Shown: positions 1 through 12,830, counted from the stretch's first letter. The stretch: DNA of 64,000 bases from Podarcis melisellensis (GCA_964234715.1 OZ174280.1), one strand, 5' to 3'. The notes: generated by a model from the sequence alone, not told the origin. Made by a program: numbers and translations.

Positions 1-447
1 CCGCCTCTGGTCACTGTTGTGAATATACAACCTGTCTGTCTCCAGACTGCAATAGTCTGCAAGGGATTCCCGTATGGCGAGGTTAATGTTGCCAGCCTTC
101 ATGTCATGTTTGCAGGCATCTTTGTTCTGCAGAGTTGGTCTGCTAACAGCCCTAATGTGGAAGCTATCTGCTCTCCCTTGGGGATCCTGCCATCTTCCAT
201 TCTGTGGACATGACCAAGCCACAGTAGATGTCGCTGAGAACATGTTGGAAATGAGGTCTTAGGAGAGCACACATTTGTTTAAGACTCCACCCTGCCATGT
301 GATGCCTAAAATCTTCCTGACACAGAGATATGGAAGGCATTGAGGCATTGCTCCTGCTGGGTGTAAGTTGCCCACGACCCACTTCCATAAAGCAGCATGC
401 TCAAAACGCAAGCCTGGTAGACCTTTGCCTTGCTATGTTTGGTTATG
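1..447 (-). mobile_element. RTE-clade LINE fragment (C-terminal RT/thumb region, frameshifted)
   Basis: Minus strand reads KAKVYQACVLSMLLYGSGSWATYTQQEQCLNAFH, then LGHVHRMEDGRIP-like and YKDACKHDMK-like segments typical of RTE ORFs. It runs off the window edge. Confidence 0.8.
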
Positions 448-475
448 ACCAACCAACCAACCAACCAACCAACCA
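448..475. repeat. (ACCA)n microsatellite
   Basis: Seven tandem ACCA units read directly. Confidence 0.95.
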
Positions 476-1555
476 CAAGTTCAGGTTCAAAGGTCCCAGC
501 AAGCCAAAGCTTGCATTGTTTCATGTCAGCAACAGGGCCGGATAACTTTTCAGTAATATGCACATTAAACCATAGTTTCTTTTTATCTATTTTTTAAATG
601 TAACATTCAAAGCAGATGTTTGCAGAAGGATTCCAGAGACCCATATGAACTTACCTATTATGTTCCCAGTTGGACATTTTATATCACTGAGTGCCAACTC
701 GCCTTTTACACTAGCTCAGTACTTGGTTATGTCTGCTGTGTGCCACTGAACATAGGTTTGCTATGAAGTCTTAGTTGGAATTGTGGCCACAGTCATTTGG
801 ATTCTTATTTGATCAGAAGTGGGTGAACCTGCTAGGTGGGTTGAAAACACTTGCAGGGCACAATGGACATATTTCTAACCAGAGGCAAGCAGTATGAAAT
901 AGACTAATGTTTATCAAAGCATGAGCTGGGTCATTCTAAGGGAGCACATATACTTGCTGCCAAAGTGGAGTGAGTAAACAGGAGCTCACAAGTGTTTTGT
1001 TTTGTTTTTGAATAAGCTATGACTATACTGAGAGGCAAAACAGAGCCATGTGAGTGTAAGACGAAGTGGGAGGTCTAGACAGCTACTCAGCTTCACTGGG
1101 TGTATGCTAAGGAACTGTGCTTTTATAATATCAAAGATCAATATGGAGCTTATTGTGGGACAGTCATATCCAGAGATGTCTATGTGCATGTGCAAAGCAC
1201 TTCACCTTGCACTGGGGGTGGTGGGGAAGATTCCTCACCCCCACCCCACAACTCCATTCTCTCATGCCTTTTGGTGTGCTGCTCTGGAATAGCCTCTTAC
1301 CTATTGAGAACAGCAAAGTAATGCCACTAGAAGACGCAGAAAACCATTTGAAGTGCTTTGGATGCCTGCTTATGAGTCAATATGTTTTTAACGGTGGTAC
1401 ATTTGGAGACAAAGCATGGCATTTAGCAGTGACAATCTATGGCATAGTGAGCTGGGAAGCTGCCAGGTAAACCTGCCTATCAAAATACAAACGTGGCAGT
1501 GTTTACATTCCTACTTCTAAGTGTACTGTCAAAATGCAGGCCAAATGTGTCTTTA

Positions 1556-1774
1556 TAGTAGAACCTCTACTTATGACTGCCTCTACTTGGGCCTGATCCA
1601 AGTTGCGACTGTGGCAAACTCGGAAGTAAATACTTGGTTTGCCGCAATTTGCCCATGCACAGAAGTGTGCTGCCGCCAAATGCGCCTGTGCACAATGGCA
1701 CTTCTACCACCAATTGGATTGACTTACGGATGGACCTCTGGAACTGATTACGTCCATAAGTAGAGGTTTCACTG
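1556..1774. mobile_element. Tc1/mariner (Tigger/pogo-like) MITE
   Basis: Imperfect TIRs tagtagaacctctacttatg / cataagtagaggtttcactg, flanked by TA. Confidence 0.75.
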
Positions 1775-2149
1775 TATATCCTAGTCATTCATTCACCGGG
1801 CGTTTCTCAAATTACAGTGGTGTTCCACCCCAAAAACACATACTGTACTTGGAAAGCATGTGAGAGGCAACAATGTTGGACTTGATTTAATGAAGCTATA
1901 ACACCAGGTTGCTAACATTTCACAAAGATCCACTGCAATTAGCATACTGTTACCATTTGTTATGAGCTGAGAATTTGTCAAATGAACCAGTGTGGTGCAG
2001 TACTTAGAGTATTGGGCTCATATGTGAGAAAACCCGTTCAAATCCCTTCTTATGGGAAATCTGGGAAAGCCTCTCAGCCTAACTCACTCTCAAGTTTATT
2101 CTGCAGTTGCAGACCCAGATCTGAGCATCTCCTAGAATTGAAGGGATAC

Positions 2150-2441
2150 ATATGTCTGGCACTGACACAGATATCTGGCACTGACAGCCTTCTGGCGGTT
2201 CCCACGCTGCAAGAAGTGAAGCTACAGGGAACCAGGCAGAGGGCCTTCTCGGTGGTGGCACCCACCTCGTGGAATGCCCTCAGTAAATGAGTAATTATAT
2301 AACATTTAGGAAACATCTGAAGGCCGCCCTGTATAGGGAAGCTTTTTAAGGTTTAATGTTTTACTGTGTTTTATATATGCTAGAAGCCGGCCAGAGTGGT
2401 TGGGGCAATCCAGCCAGATGGGCAGAGTACAAAATAGTATT
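2150..2441 (+). mobile_element. L2-clade LINE 3' fragment
   Basis: Encodes RQRAFSVVAPTSWNAL (L2-type ORF2 end), followed by an L2-like 3' tail (gccagagtggttggggcaatccagccagatgggc). Confidence 0.7.
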
Positions 2442-2472
<31 letters not shown>

Positions 2473-2483
2473 GCAGCAGCAAC
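2442..2483. repeat. (CAG)n microsatellite
   Basis: About 13 CAG/CAA units at the tail of the LINE fragment. Confidence 0.95.
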
Positions 2484-2967
2484 ATGTCAATTCTGAGGTT
2501 TCCTGCCAGGGAAAGGAGTATTAGATTTGGCTCAAAGCTGCTTGGCTGTGGGATCTCTGGGTAGGCTCTCTCAGAACCTTAGTTCCCCACCTTCAAAATG
2601 AAATTATTATTTACCTACTTCACAGTAATTGTGGAGAAGAATAAGACAAAGGATTGTGAAGTATTCTGTGTGCGAGAAATGCTTTATAAAAATAAATACA
2701 AGTTTTATTTAAAAATTGAGGGTAACATATAGCCTTGAATAATTTTTGTTCATGAGTGCACACACAAATGAAAATATGCTACCAATGAGCGAGAAGGAAA
2801 TTAAGAAACTTGTCTCTTCACCAGTTTCCACAGCCTGCAAAATAGTGTACAAAGAGAATAGTATAGCTGATTCATGTTTTATAAAAATTACTCAAGAATC
2901 TGTATTTTGAGCTATCCATCTACCTTGAGAGATTCCAGATAGAATTGGTAGTTTTGATTCTTTATAG

Positions 2968-3104
2968 CAGGAATGGGGAATCTGGGATCCCCCAAGTATT
3001 CATGGGTTACAGCTCCCATCATTCCTGACCATTGACCATGCTGGCTCAGCTGATGGGAACTGAAGTCCAACAACATCTGGAAGGCCCCAGATTACCCACC
3101 CCTG
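2968..3104. mobile_element. ~135-bp palindromic hAT-type MITE (CAGGG-terminal family)
   Basis: cagg..gggaa / cccacccctg termini with internal inverted ctcccatc/gatgggaa arms. Further copies lie at ~6690-6825, ~10660-10750, ~12587-12718, 54095-54212, 60779-60890 and 63769-63901. Confidence 0.75.
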
Positions 3105-3777
3105 CTTTCCAACACGCTCTTAGGCCAGTATTAGAATAATTCATTCATATTCCCAACAAGATGTACATTAGAGCCAGTTATTATTATTATTATTTTGTGT
3201 GGCAGGGTTCCCAGTGATTTAAACAAGCTGCAAGGTATGCTCTTTTTCTAGTGAAATTGCCAATACATTGCCCATTGCTGAATAACTAATGTGAAACTGA
3301 ATAGGAGCTGGGCACATCTTAATTTCAGAAAGACTTCAAACTCTTGGCTTGGTCAAGTGGGGCAAATCACATCTGTGATGTAAAACATTAATGTAGGGAA
3401 CGTTTGTACAGGTGTCTGCTTGCGAGATGGATATGGATCTGTCACAAGGTCTGTGCATTTATATTTATCTTGTAATAGGTACATTAAGAACCTTTTTTAA
3501 TGATTGTTTGAGTAGCCATGACCTAAAATGGAAATGGAGAGCAGCCTTGCTTAGCCTAAAGTACAATGACCAAGGATGCAAACTGATGTGTTCCTGCAAA
3601 ATTTGCCCTGCTCAGGTTGAATGTTTTGTTAGTTCCTTAGACTACAGCTCAATAGTGCTTAATTTCTAAAATTGAGGTACCGAGATCCAAATAGACTTAC
3701 CAAAGGGATAATCAATGTGGTACCCACCAGATGTTGTTGGACTACAGTTCCCATAATCCCTATGAGGCAGTTCAAAG

Positions 3778-3924
3778 CAGTGGCGTAGCGTGGGTTGTCA
3801 GCACCCGGGGCAAGGCAAGTGATTTGCGCCCCCTAACCCGTGGATTTGCGCCCCCTAACCCTAACCCCCAGATGTTGCGCCCGGTGCGGCCGGCCCCCCC
3901 TGCACCCCCCACACTACGCCACTG
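3778..3924. mobile_element. Young hAT MITE, 147 bp, perfect 8-bp TSD
   Basis: TIR cagtggcgtagcgtggg / cccacactacgccactg. TSD gttcaaag at 3770-3777 and 3925-3932. CpGs are retained. Confidence 0.9.
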
Positions 3925-4750
3925 GTTCAAAGTGAATTAATACACATTACCATCGGAAGAGGGGATCCCTGTAAGAGTATTAAACCTGGAGATTAAAATT
4001 ACCTAAATGCACCACTGGCTTCAGGCAGTGTGGGACAAGGCAGTGATGCAGAGAACAGGTAAAAGAACATGGTGGGGATAGCAATGGCTTCAGTCTAGGC
4101 CCAAGCCTTGAAGCATGTTAATATGAGGGTGCCATTTCAATGCTAAGAATAACCCACAGCAATGTCAGTATAAGCTCATTACCTTTTTGAGGTTCCATTC
4201 ACTGACCTGGAAGGCTGTAACACCCCCCTGCCCCCCGCCATGGAAAGTGGTTATAGGTAGCCAGTGGGGAGATATAAACCTTCACTTGCTTCATCTATTT
4301 TGCATTCAAAATATCACAAGAATTTCCCTTGGATAAGCCTGACTTCTGTTTTGCAAGGGAATTCAGTCCCGCTTGCAAATCTAGCACCATGATACCTTTC
4401 ATAAGCAAAAATATGTTGGTGAAAAAGGTAATTTAACAGCAAAGAATAATTATATGTATGAGTTGTTATTCCCTTTTCAGTGTTCACAGGGATTGTTTTG
4501 GTTTTGGGAACCATTTTTAAATGACTGATTCTGAAAGAGATATTTAGTCCATTTCAGCTGAGTAGGCAGAGAGAAATTCTTAAAAACAAATTTTGTTAAA
4601 TTGATGGGTAAAAAACATGGTGTTTGAGGGCTTTCTCATCTGTATTAGGTTTTTTTACAGCATATACAAATGACAGTTTTGCATTGTTAATCTCCAGATG
4701 CATATAATCTCATAGCTAAACTGAAAACAATGTTTTCATGTCTTTTTAAG

Positions 4751-4950
4751 GAGTGATGTGTATTGTACAGAGTCTCCAAGTATGCCTTCTGATTCGGAGG
4801 TAAAAGAATGCACTTCACAGAGGAATAATTCTTACGAGTGCATTTTTCAGCCTTTTTATCTCCTGTCTGGATACACAATGTGGATCGAGATTAAGCACTC
4901 ACTGGGGACAGTGACATCACCACCAGTGTGTATCCTTCCAAAAGAAGTAG
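4751..4950 (+). CDS. LEPR: Leptin receptor coding exon (CRH2, leptin-binding region); first LEPR exon in the window
   Basis: tttttaag|G...GTAG|gtaagt; 200 nt. Encodes SDVYCTESP...YECIFQPFYLLSGYTMWIEIKHSLGTVTSPPVCILPKEV, homologous to LEPR YECIFQPIFLLSGYTMWI. Confidence 0.96.
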
Positions 4951-5045
4951 GTAAGTGAAAACATTTTCTGAGAGTGGATCATTGATAAGTTTGGGCCTCC
5001 CAAGGTCTCCTAGCCCAGGGCCTCCAGTTGCTTAAATTTGGGCCT

Positions 5046-5109
5046 GCCTGGGACCTTCTGCATGCAGGGTATATGACTCTACCTACCACTGAGCTATGGC
5101 CATTCCCCC
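5046..5109 (-). mobile_element. tRNA-derived SINE head (Squam3-like), truncated
   Basis: Reverse complement reads ggggaatggccatagctcagtggtag...gcatgcagaaggtcccagg, a tRNA-like head with an A box. Confidence 0.6.
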
Positions 5110-6194
5110 TGGTGCTTTTGTACCCACAGGTTGCAGTATATTGCCTTTCTCAAGGGACTTGGGCATGCTATCCAATTCATTAGGAGTTTCTTTCAAATGA
5201 TGTTGCCGAGGAAAAGTAGTTTGTAAAGTAGCTTTTCACTTTTGTAGAATACCAATAGCTTTTAAGAGGAGGGGGGATTCTGGACCCTAGCCACACTTTC
5301 AAGATGCATACAATATGGAAAATCCCAGCCACCCCACAGTAATTCAGACTTTAATTTGAAAACTGTAAATTACAGAACTATAATATGCTTCCTTCTCGCA
5401 TAAGTGCCTTTGTGCCTGCCCCCTCCAGTTCCTTATCTCCCCCAGCCCATGCACACACACTATGGTCTCTTCTCTAAGCATTTGTTTTTCTTATGGTATT
5501 TAAATTATCCAGTCAATGATGGTGAGCTTGTGTGATGGCCAGTGACAGCTGGTTTTATTAAAACTGAAAGAAAATTAAGTGTATGAATTACCACAGCATG
5601 CAATAACTAGATATTTCCAACAATGGCTTTAATTTTCAATATTCCTCATCTCCTTTTCCATTTTCCATCACTTCCTTGTTACTTTCCCCCTGTTATAACT
5701 TGTCTCCAACTGAACATATACCATTCATAGGGAGTTTATCCCCAAACTACACCCAGTTCATATGGATTCTCAGCTTCTTGGTGATGATACGCTTAGTATC
5801 ATACCCAACGTTTCAGATGGCATGTGGAATAGAACATAAGGAATTATGAACATTTTGAAAAGAAAAGCTGTTAATAACAACGAAATGTTCATGGCTTTAA
5901 ACTGGGGTGGTACCACCCTAGTTATGGAATATGCCCTCCAAAGTGAGGCTCATCTGGTACCTATATGAAGACATTTTTATTCTCCCTGTGTTTTTCCATT
6001 TTATAGAGCATAGAGTTCTGCTTCAGTGGATTGTTTTATTGAGATTGAGATTGTTTTATTGAGAGGAGACCCACTGAAATTAATGGGCCTAACTTAGTTA
6101 TGTCCATTAGTTTCAATGGATCTGTTCTGTGTAAAACTTAGTTGAATGCCACACAATATATTTTAGCCCTTGAAACCATAGTTTAGTCCAGTTG

Positions 6195-6198
<4 letters not shown>

Positions 6199-6272
<74 letters not shown>
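6199..6272. repeat. Compound (TC)n(AC)n microsatellite
   Basis: About 25 TC units followed by 12 AC units. Confidence 0.95.
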
Positions 6273-7029
6273 CACGGCCATCCTTGTGCTTGCTTTTTTT
6301 AAACTGGTATTGAAAAACTTCAAAATTACTGAAGTACATACAAAACAGTTCTTGCATGAAGGAGTGCCTTAAGATCTTCAGAGGAGGCTCTTTTCTATGT
6401 TCCATTGCCGGTACAAGTTATTAATGTTGTGGTGAGGAAGACAGCCTCTCTTTTGTGATGGCACCACAGCTGCAGAATGTTCTCCTCATAGAAGCATAAC
6501 TGGTGCCAGTGTTGCGCTGATTATGGCTCCTAGTTATCTATCTACCCAGGCATCTTAATGTCTTATACTTGTGATTGTTGAAGTACTCTGCTGATTTGGC
6601 TGTCCCTGTTTCTGTCTATGTTATTTGCTTTGCTGCATTATTTTGGCCTGTCCCATTTTATTCCATGCTTCTGTATAGCAAGCTGGCATCAGAATGAGCC
6701 AACATGGTGTCCTTCAGATGTTTATGGACCACACTGACACCATCCCTGATCACAGGCCTTGCCCCCTAAGGATGATGAGAGCTGGAGTCCAACAACACTT
6801 GTAGGGCACCATTTTGGGTACCAGTGTATAGATGATGGTCAAGCTATAAATATTTTTAACAAAATGTAATAAATGAATTGTTAAGAAGACAGGATACAGC
6901 TATAATGAATATATATAAAAAAATACATTGCTCTAATGCCAGTTTGGTAAGGAAGAACTGACACACAGCTTTATAGATTCTATTAGAGACCTCATAAACC
7001 AGTAAAATTTATTTTGTTTAACTTTCTAG

Positions 7030-7178
7030 TGAAGCCGTTTTCTCCCTCCAGTGTCAAAGCAGAAATTACAGGGGAAGCGGGACTGCTGAATGTGAGCTGG
7101 AAAAACCCAGAACTTCCAAAGAATGACCTCCAGTTTCAGATTCGGTATGCTGTCAACGGAACAGAAATTGCCTGGGAG
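7030..7178 (+). CDS. LEPR: Leptin receptor coding exon (CRH2)
   Basis: tttctag|TG...GAG|gtatgg; 149 nt. Encodes VKPFSPSSVKAEITGEAGLLNVSWKNPELPKNDLQFQIRYAVNGTEIAWE; phase-compatible with its neighbours. Confidence 0.96.
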
Positions 7179-8045
7179 GTATGGCCACACTTAATCTAAA
7201 TTAGCCTGTGCATCATGAGATGCAAGGGTGCAATGGCGTTTTGCTGCTAGTTTGTAAAAATGTGTGGATTCCAGCATTTTGTTTGTCTAGCAAAATAAAC
7301 ATTTGTGACATGCCTATCTTCAGTAGATCAACTTTCACCCATTGTGTGTGAGGGAGGGGGAAACTGGGGTGTATTTTCCACGCCAATGAGATTTCCACTA
7401 TATGATGGGTTATTTTCAATTATGAACAATTACAAACAAAAACTATATTTTAAAGTAAAATGTAATGAAAATATTGTAATCTTTCTTTAAGAAAAACCCA
7501 CAACTTTATTACAACTGAGAACCAATGCTAATAGTTTTGTGGGGTGTTTTTCTAACTCCTGGTAGAAAATTGCCCTTGGTTGGACAAATATGGTTTGTGC
7601 CCATTTGCTGACACCCCATAAACTTCATGACCTTTCTTGACCTCCTTCTGCCTATTTGTCTATGAAAAAATGATGGGATGCTTTACTACACCAATCTGTT
7701 AACATTGGCTGGCTTAGTAAACACACACAAAGACAAAATTCATTGCATTTCTGGTGCAGTGTTTGTTTGTTTGTTTTCAGAAGGAAAATGGAAAGTGGTA
7801 ACTGGCTGAAATTTGGGCATATTTTACAGGTGACAATTTGTGACAGTGTCCAGGGAGAACTGTTCTTCAGGTCAGCTTATGTGTGACTTGCACAATGAAA
7901 AATGCACTGGGGAGTGCTTTGGCCCCTACAAATTGGATGAAGATTAAGTAGCAGTTAGCCTATTGAAGATTTAAGATCTTGGCCTGTCACTCAGAAATGA
8001 TTTTGTTTGATTTTTTGTTTGTTTAAACATCCTTTTTTGTTGCAG

Positions 8046-8205
8046 GTGCAGGAGGTTTCTGATCCATTAGTTAGCTCTGCCAGCACAAAGGTGCAGGATC
8101 CCTGCGCAGTATACGTCATCCAGGTGCGCTGCAGTGTGATTGATGGAGTGGGCTACTGGAGTGATTGGAGCAGACCCGCCTATACAGTTGTTAAGGATAT
8201 CAAAG
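8046..8205 (+). CDS. LEPR: Leptin receptor coding exon with the WSXWS motif
   Basis: ttgcag|GTG...AAAG|gtcagt; 160 nt. Encodes DPCAVYVIQVRCSVIDGVGYWSDWSRPAYTVVKDIK. Confidence 0.97.
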
Positions 8206-8325
8206 GTCAGTCAGTGTCTTACCTGTATGCTTTCAGTTTGTTGGGGTTGGTGTTTTTTGTTTTTTTACTAAATTTATAACCAGATAGGTTGTTGTTTGCT
8301 TCTTACTGTATTTTCACCCCCCCAG

Positions 8326-8408
8326 CTCCCTTGAGAGGACCTGAATTCTGGAGAACCATTAATGAAGATTCAGTAAGGAACCAGAAAAATGTTACTCTTT
8401 TTTGGAAG
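8326..8408 (+). CDS. LEPR: Leptin receptor coding exon (FNIII)
   Basis: cccccag|CT...AAG|gtaaat; 83 nt after a 120-nt intron. Encodes [28 protein letters not shown]. Confidence 0.96.
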
Positions 8409-9512
8409 GTAAATCAATGGAGGAGGGTAAATGAGATATTTGAAATCTATTTCAGGTTTATTTTTTTGTGCGATGTTCATGATATATATTGTGGGTGTTG
8501 GCTGGCTTTGAAGGATACCAGACCTAAGACACTGGTAATTTCTGTTAGCAAAACCAGTGAAACATAGGTTTACAATAGAGCTCTGTGACAGATCAGAATA
8601 TGATGTTTGGTGTGGGGCAGGTGGTAATGGCTTGGAGAAAATGGCCTTGCAAGCCAAATTAGGATTGTTGTCTGTCTAATTAGGCTTGTACGTCAGAGCT
8701 TACCATGAAGATCATCCCATGATGATGACCCGCCACTCTAGGCTGACAGAAAGTTTCCCATTAGGCACAGGAAAAAGATCTCTAACAAAGAAAAGAGCCT
8801 CTTGAATCTCCAAGTGCCACCTTTTTAATAAACAGAAACATTTTCTCATGAAGAATGAGAGAATCTGTTTTTGGACATGGTCCAATCCCTGTTGGCCAAA
8901 GCTAGCAGGGGCCTGGCAAGTAAGAACTATTCATAGATTATTATTCAAAAGGGGAAATTGAATTAAGTTAATAGCATTTCAAGCACCCTTACTGCGCAGC
9001 CTGCCAGGATGTCAGACATTCCCTTAACAATTCACAGGTCACTCATATTTGTTAACATCACTTATCAAATAGGAAGAAAGGATGATGATTTGGTAGGTGT
9101 CTGATTCTGAATGACAAGCATTAATTCACAAAGGAAAAGGCTGTTTGAAATCAGGTTTCGTATGTAAAATTTATTTCACCAATTAAAAACCCAAATACTT
9201 CTCTTTGTGCTACACTACACTTCATACTATAAAACCTAAGTTTGATTATTTTAAACCCAACATTGCTTGCCCAGCAAACTGTGTTAAATATTTCAATTTA
9301 TATTTATTGGAATATAGAAGTAATCGAAGGTGGACTGTTATAGGCAGTTATGGACAGATGCATGGTAATTATTATAAACTGTAGCTTTTAGTCTTGCTAA
9401 CATAAAAATGAAATACCAACCCTCAATTGCTCCTTAAAAAAACATACACCTCTGCCCAAACCAGCCTCAATCCACAATTGAACTGCCTAATGTATCTGAA
9501 TTTTTCTTACAG

Positions 9513-9729
9513 CCACTGATGAAGAATCTTTCCTTATGCAGTGTGCTAGACTATGTGGTTGAGCATAATACTTCAGAAAACATTACTTGGTCTGACTATG
9601 TAGAAAATGATACTGCCTACACATTTTCATGGACGGAGGAGGTACATGCCATTAAGGTTCTAGCTGTCAACTCAATTGGAACTTCCTCAGTCAATTTCAT
9701 TTTAACTCTATCACAACAAATCAGCACAG
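9513..9729 (+). CDS. LEPR: Leptin receptor coding exon (FNIII)
   Basis: ttcttacag|CCA...ACAG|gtaaga; 217 nt. Encodes PLMKNLSLCSVLDYVVEHNTS...VLAVNSIGTSSVNFILTLSQQIST. Confidence 0.96.
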
Positions 9730-10120
9730 GTAAGAAAAACATTTTTTGATAGCTTCAAGTATTGTTAGCTCAGTAATCTAGTTTGTAATAAACTGTTCTC
9801 ATTTTGTAATGTGTTCATGTTTAGACAAGTAGTTATTTGAGTGGTGAGGCCATGTTATTGCTCTTCTACCTAATTAATCATAGGAGTTTCCGCTGCCAGC
9901 AGAAAATTAGGAGGCAGGGAAAGCTAGGCCACATACGGTAGTTCCTGCCATCTGGGCAGGAATTTGGGTTGGGGGTGGGGAATGCAACTTTCATCAGGTA
10001 CCTCCACATGCCTAAAAAAGAAGGATCTTCACTCTTCTCTGTAGCATCTGATGAGTTCTCTCCTAATTTGTAAGGAATAATGTACCTGATGACCAATATG
10101 CTGTTTTCCTGTTTTGTCAG

Positions 10121-10303
10121 TAAACATTGTGAAGTCTCTCAGTGCCTACCCAGTGAACAGCAGTTGTGTCATTGTGTCCTGGACACTTTCGCCTGTGGCT
10201 TATATAATTACATCTTTTGTAATTGAATGGACAAACTTAAACGAAGAAGAGCAGATTAAATGGATTATGATTCCCTCAAATGTTAGAAAGTACCACATTT
10301 TGG
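10121..10303 (+). CDS. LEPR: Leptin receptor coding exon (FNIII)
   Basis: ttttgtcag|TA...TTGG|gtgagt; 183 nt. Encodes [25 protein letters not shown]...[16 protein letters not shown]. Confidence 0.96.
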
Positions 10304-10911
10304 GTGAGTTTGTACTTAAAAATCTATTACAGCTTCTCTTGTGTTTCAATATCTTCCCACCAGTATTTGATTATAGATAAAGATTTACCGCAAAACTGTA
10401 GAGGCTAGCAACTATTGTACATTTAACATAAATTCCAAAAGGTCTCCACAATAGCCTTTTATTTAACATTGGCGTACAGTGCAATTTGCTCTGTTAGAAA
10501 TGGTGTTTCCCAGCTCATCTTTGAAATTTATTGTGGATTATCCTTCTTAAGACAAGACTGATACAGTAACTGAATGGTCTCTGTGTGAGATGAACAGTTA
10601 CAGAGGATTGTTATGTGTAGTGACTTTTTATTCTTTCCTAATTTCTAAAGGCTGTAAAGCAGGGATGGAGAACCCATGGCCCTGCAGATGTTGTTGCGTA
10701 ACTGCTCCCACTATGCCTAAACAATGGACTTGCTGGATGGGATGAACATATGAAGGAACACATTAACCCTAATGATAGAAATCAAGAGAGATGCTCATTT
10801 TTCAGCGTTGCAAGGCCCACACTGTTTTACGGATTTTATAGATTAGGAAATGTTAAGAAGTTTTAGTATGTATGCCCAAATTAAAAATGTGCTATGTTGT
10901 CTTTGTTCCAG

Positions 10912-11007
10912 ATAATTTCATTCTTATTGAGAAATACAAATTTAGTTTGTTCCCAATAATTCCTGAAGGAGTAACAAAGCCCACAGTGACATATGGATTC
11001 TCCAAAG
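10912..11007 (+). CDS. LEPR: Leptin receptor coding exon (end of the membrane-proximal FNIII)
   Basis: gttccag|AT...AAAG|gtgagc; 96 nt. Encodes DNFILIEKYKFSLFPIIPEGVTKPTVTYGFSK. Confidence 0.95.
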
Positions 11008-11501
11008 GTGAGCAACTGGCATTTTTAGTACACTTTTCCTTCAGACCAAGATTTCTTGCTCTAACTTTTAATGAGAAAAAAAATCAGATAATACGTTGGC
11101 AATGGCATGGCACATCTTGAGTCTTGATTATGCCAGGAAAATTCAATAATTTTTAAATGAATAATCTTAATGATCTGTAAGCAATTCCAATCTCTCTACT
11201 TAAAGCATACATGAGCATTTCATTATTTTTACTTAATTGCATGGTTTCAAGAGAAGAGAAAGGGAAAGTCCCATTGCATGAGCAGAATGCCACTCACACA
11301 ACATTGGATACAACTCTATATATCCAAGTCTCATTTAACTTTATGGAATAACAAATCAAGTTCAACCGTACGAGCTGATGCAAACAACCAAGTCTGCAAT
11401 CTTATGGTCACTTAATTTGGAGTAAGGTTCATTCTGTAGGATTACATTGTAAATATTCTCTGTAGTGATAGCTGTTTTAAACTGCTGGGTCTTATTTTCA
11501 G

Positions 11502-11604
11502 CTGGAATTGAAAAACAGAATGATGTGAACTTCTATGTGATTCTACCCCTAGTTATTTCATGCTCCGTTTTGCTGCTTGGAGGTCTTTTGGTCTTGCACC
11601 AAAG
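11502..11604 (+). CDS. LEPR: Leptin receptor transmembrane exon
   Basis: attttcag|CT...CAAAG|gtaaac; 103 nt. Encodes AGIEKQNDVNFYVILPLVISCSVLLLGGLLVLHQR, a hydrophobic helix. Not in the ORF track; translated by hand. Confidence 0.95.
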
Positions 11605-12048
11605 GTAAACCTTTCCTGTATTGAATCTGTTTGCAAGTTTAGATTGAGATGAATAATTTGAAAGGTGTTATGGATTAATCCATGGAAAGGCAATTTCCAG
11701 TAGCAGACAGCAGGGACGGGGGACGACGACAACAGTGGCGCTTACTTGAGCTCCCGCAAGTGTGCTACTGCTGCTTACTGGGAAGGAGAGTGAAAGGAGC
11801 AAGGAAACAGGAACATCTGTGTTTTGCAAGAACATTGGCAGGTGTGCCGCAATGGCTATGCCATTAGGTAATTTTTGAAATTAGGTAATTTTTAAATTCA
11901 GTTGACATTTTTAAAGCATCTGTAGGTGCTATTGGTTTCAAGATGGCTTCTAAAAAGAATAAATCTTTATTTGTGAAATATGTATTCAGAGTGAAAAGTG
12001 ATTATATCCTTCACTGTGCCAAATCAATATCTTATCGGCATATTTCAG

Positions 12049-12124
12049 AATGAAGAAATTATTCTGGGATGATGTTCCAAACCCCAAGAATTGCTCTTGG
12101 GCACAGGGAGTTAACTTCCAAAAG
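12049..12124 (+). CDS. LEPR: Leptin receptor Box1 (JAK-binding) exon; last exon common to long and short isoforms
   Basis: tatttcag|A...AAG|gtatgg; 76 nt. Encodes [25 protein letters not shown]. Confidence 0.97.
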
Positions 12125-12541
12125 GTATGGATCCCCACTTAAATACATTTCAGTGATTTGTGAGCTTTATTTGATTTTAACTAATTTATTTACTCATCAA
12201 GTTTTTTAACAACCCTGTAAATAATGGCCATGAATAAAGAAATGAAACTTAATCATGTGCCTGCTACTCTCATGCAAACTTAAATACTAGAATGAACGGG
12301 GCTTTCTGGAAATGAAAGCCAATGCCTACTATTAAATTGATGAAATTGGGTTCTACATGGGTTCCACAGGTACACATCCAACAAAAAATGCCCTAATCCA
12401 GGGATCTTTTATGTGAATTGGAGACACTTCATCACAAGAAGCAACCTCTCATGCTCACAGAAATATGTGCATGGCTCTCCTCTCTCCTTTGAATATAATA
12501 AAGTAGCCCATGTGAAGAGAATATTCTGCATGCAATTGGTG

Positions 12542-12830
12542 CATAGGAAGCTCTTAGAATGAGTCAGACCATTTCACTTAGTATCTAACTTCCCCCAGCT
12601 TGGTTCCCTTTCAGATGTTGTTCAACTCAATATCCCATCAGCCCCAGCCAGCATAGGTAATGGTTGGGAATGATAGGAGTCCAACAACATCTAGAGGGCC
12701 CTAGGTTGGGGAAGGCTAGTTTACACTAACTGGTAGGAGCTAGGTTTTCACAGTAACCTTTCCAAATCCTACTGGGAAATGCCAAGATTCAACCTAGGAC
12801 CTTCTGAATGCAAAGCAGGTGCATTGCCAT
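12542..12830 (-). mobile_element. Decayed Squam3-like SINE interrupted by a hAT MITE (~12587-12718)
   Basis: Tail cataggaagc..tgagtcagacca on the left, head gattcaacctaggaccttctgaatgcaaagcag on the right, and a palindromic MITE between them. Confidence 0.55.

Noticed and set aside
3288-3304. tgtgaaactga as the preceding LEPR exon (SCETDG motif)
   Set aside because: An in-frame stop follows, and there is no flanking homology or splice context. That exon appears to lie upstream of the window.
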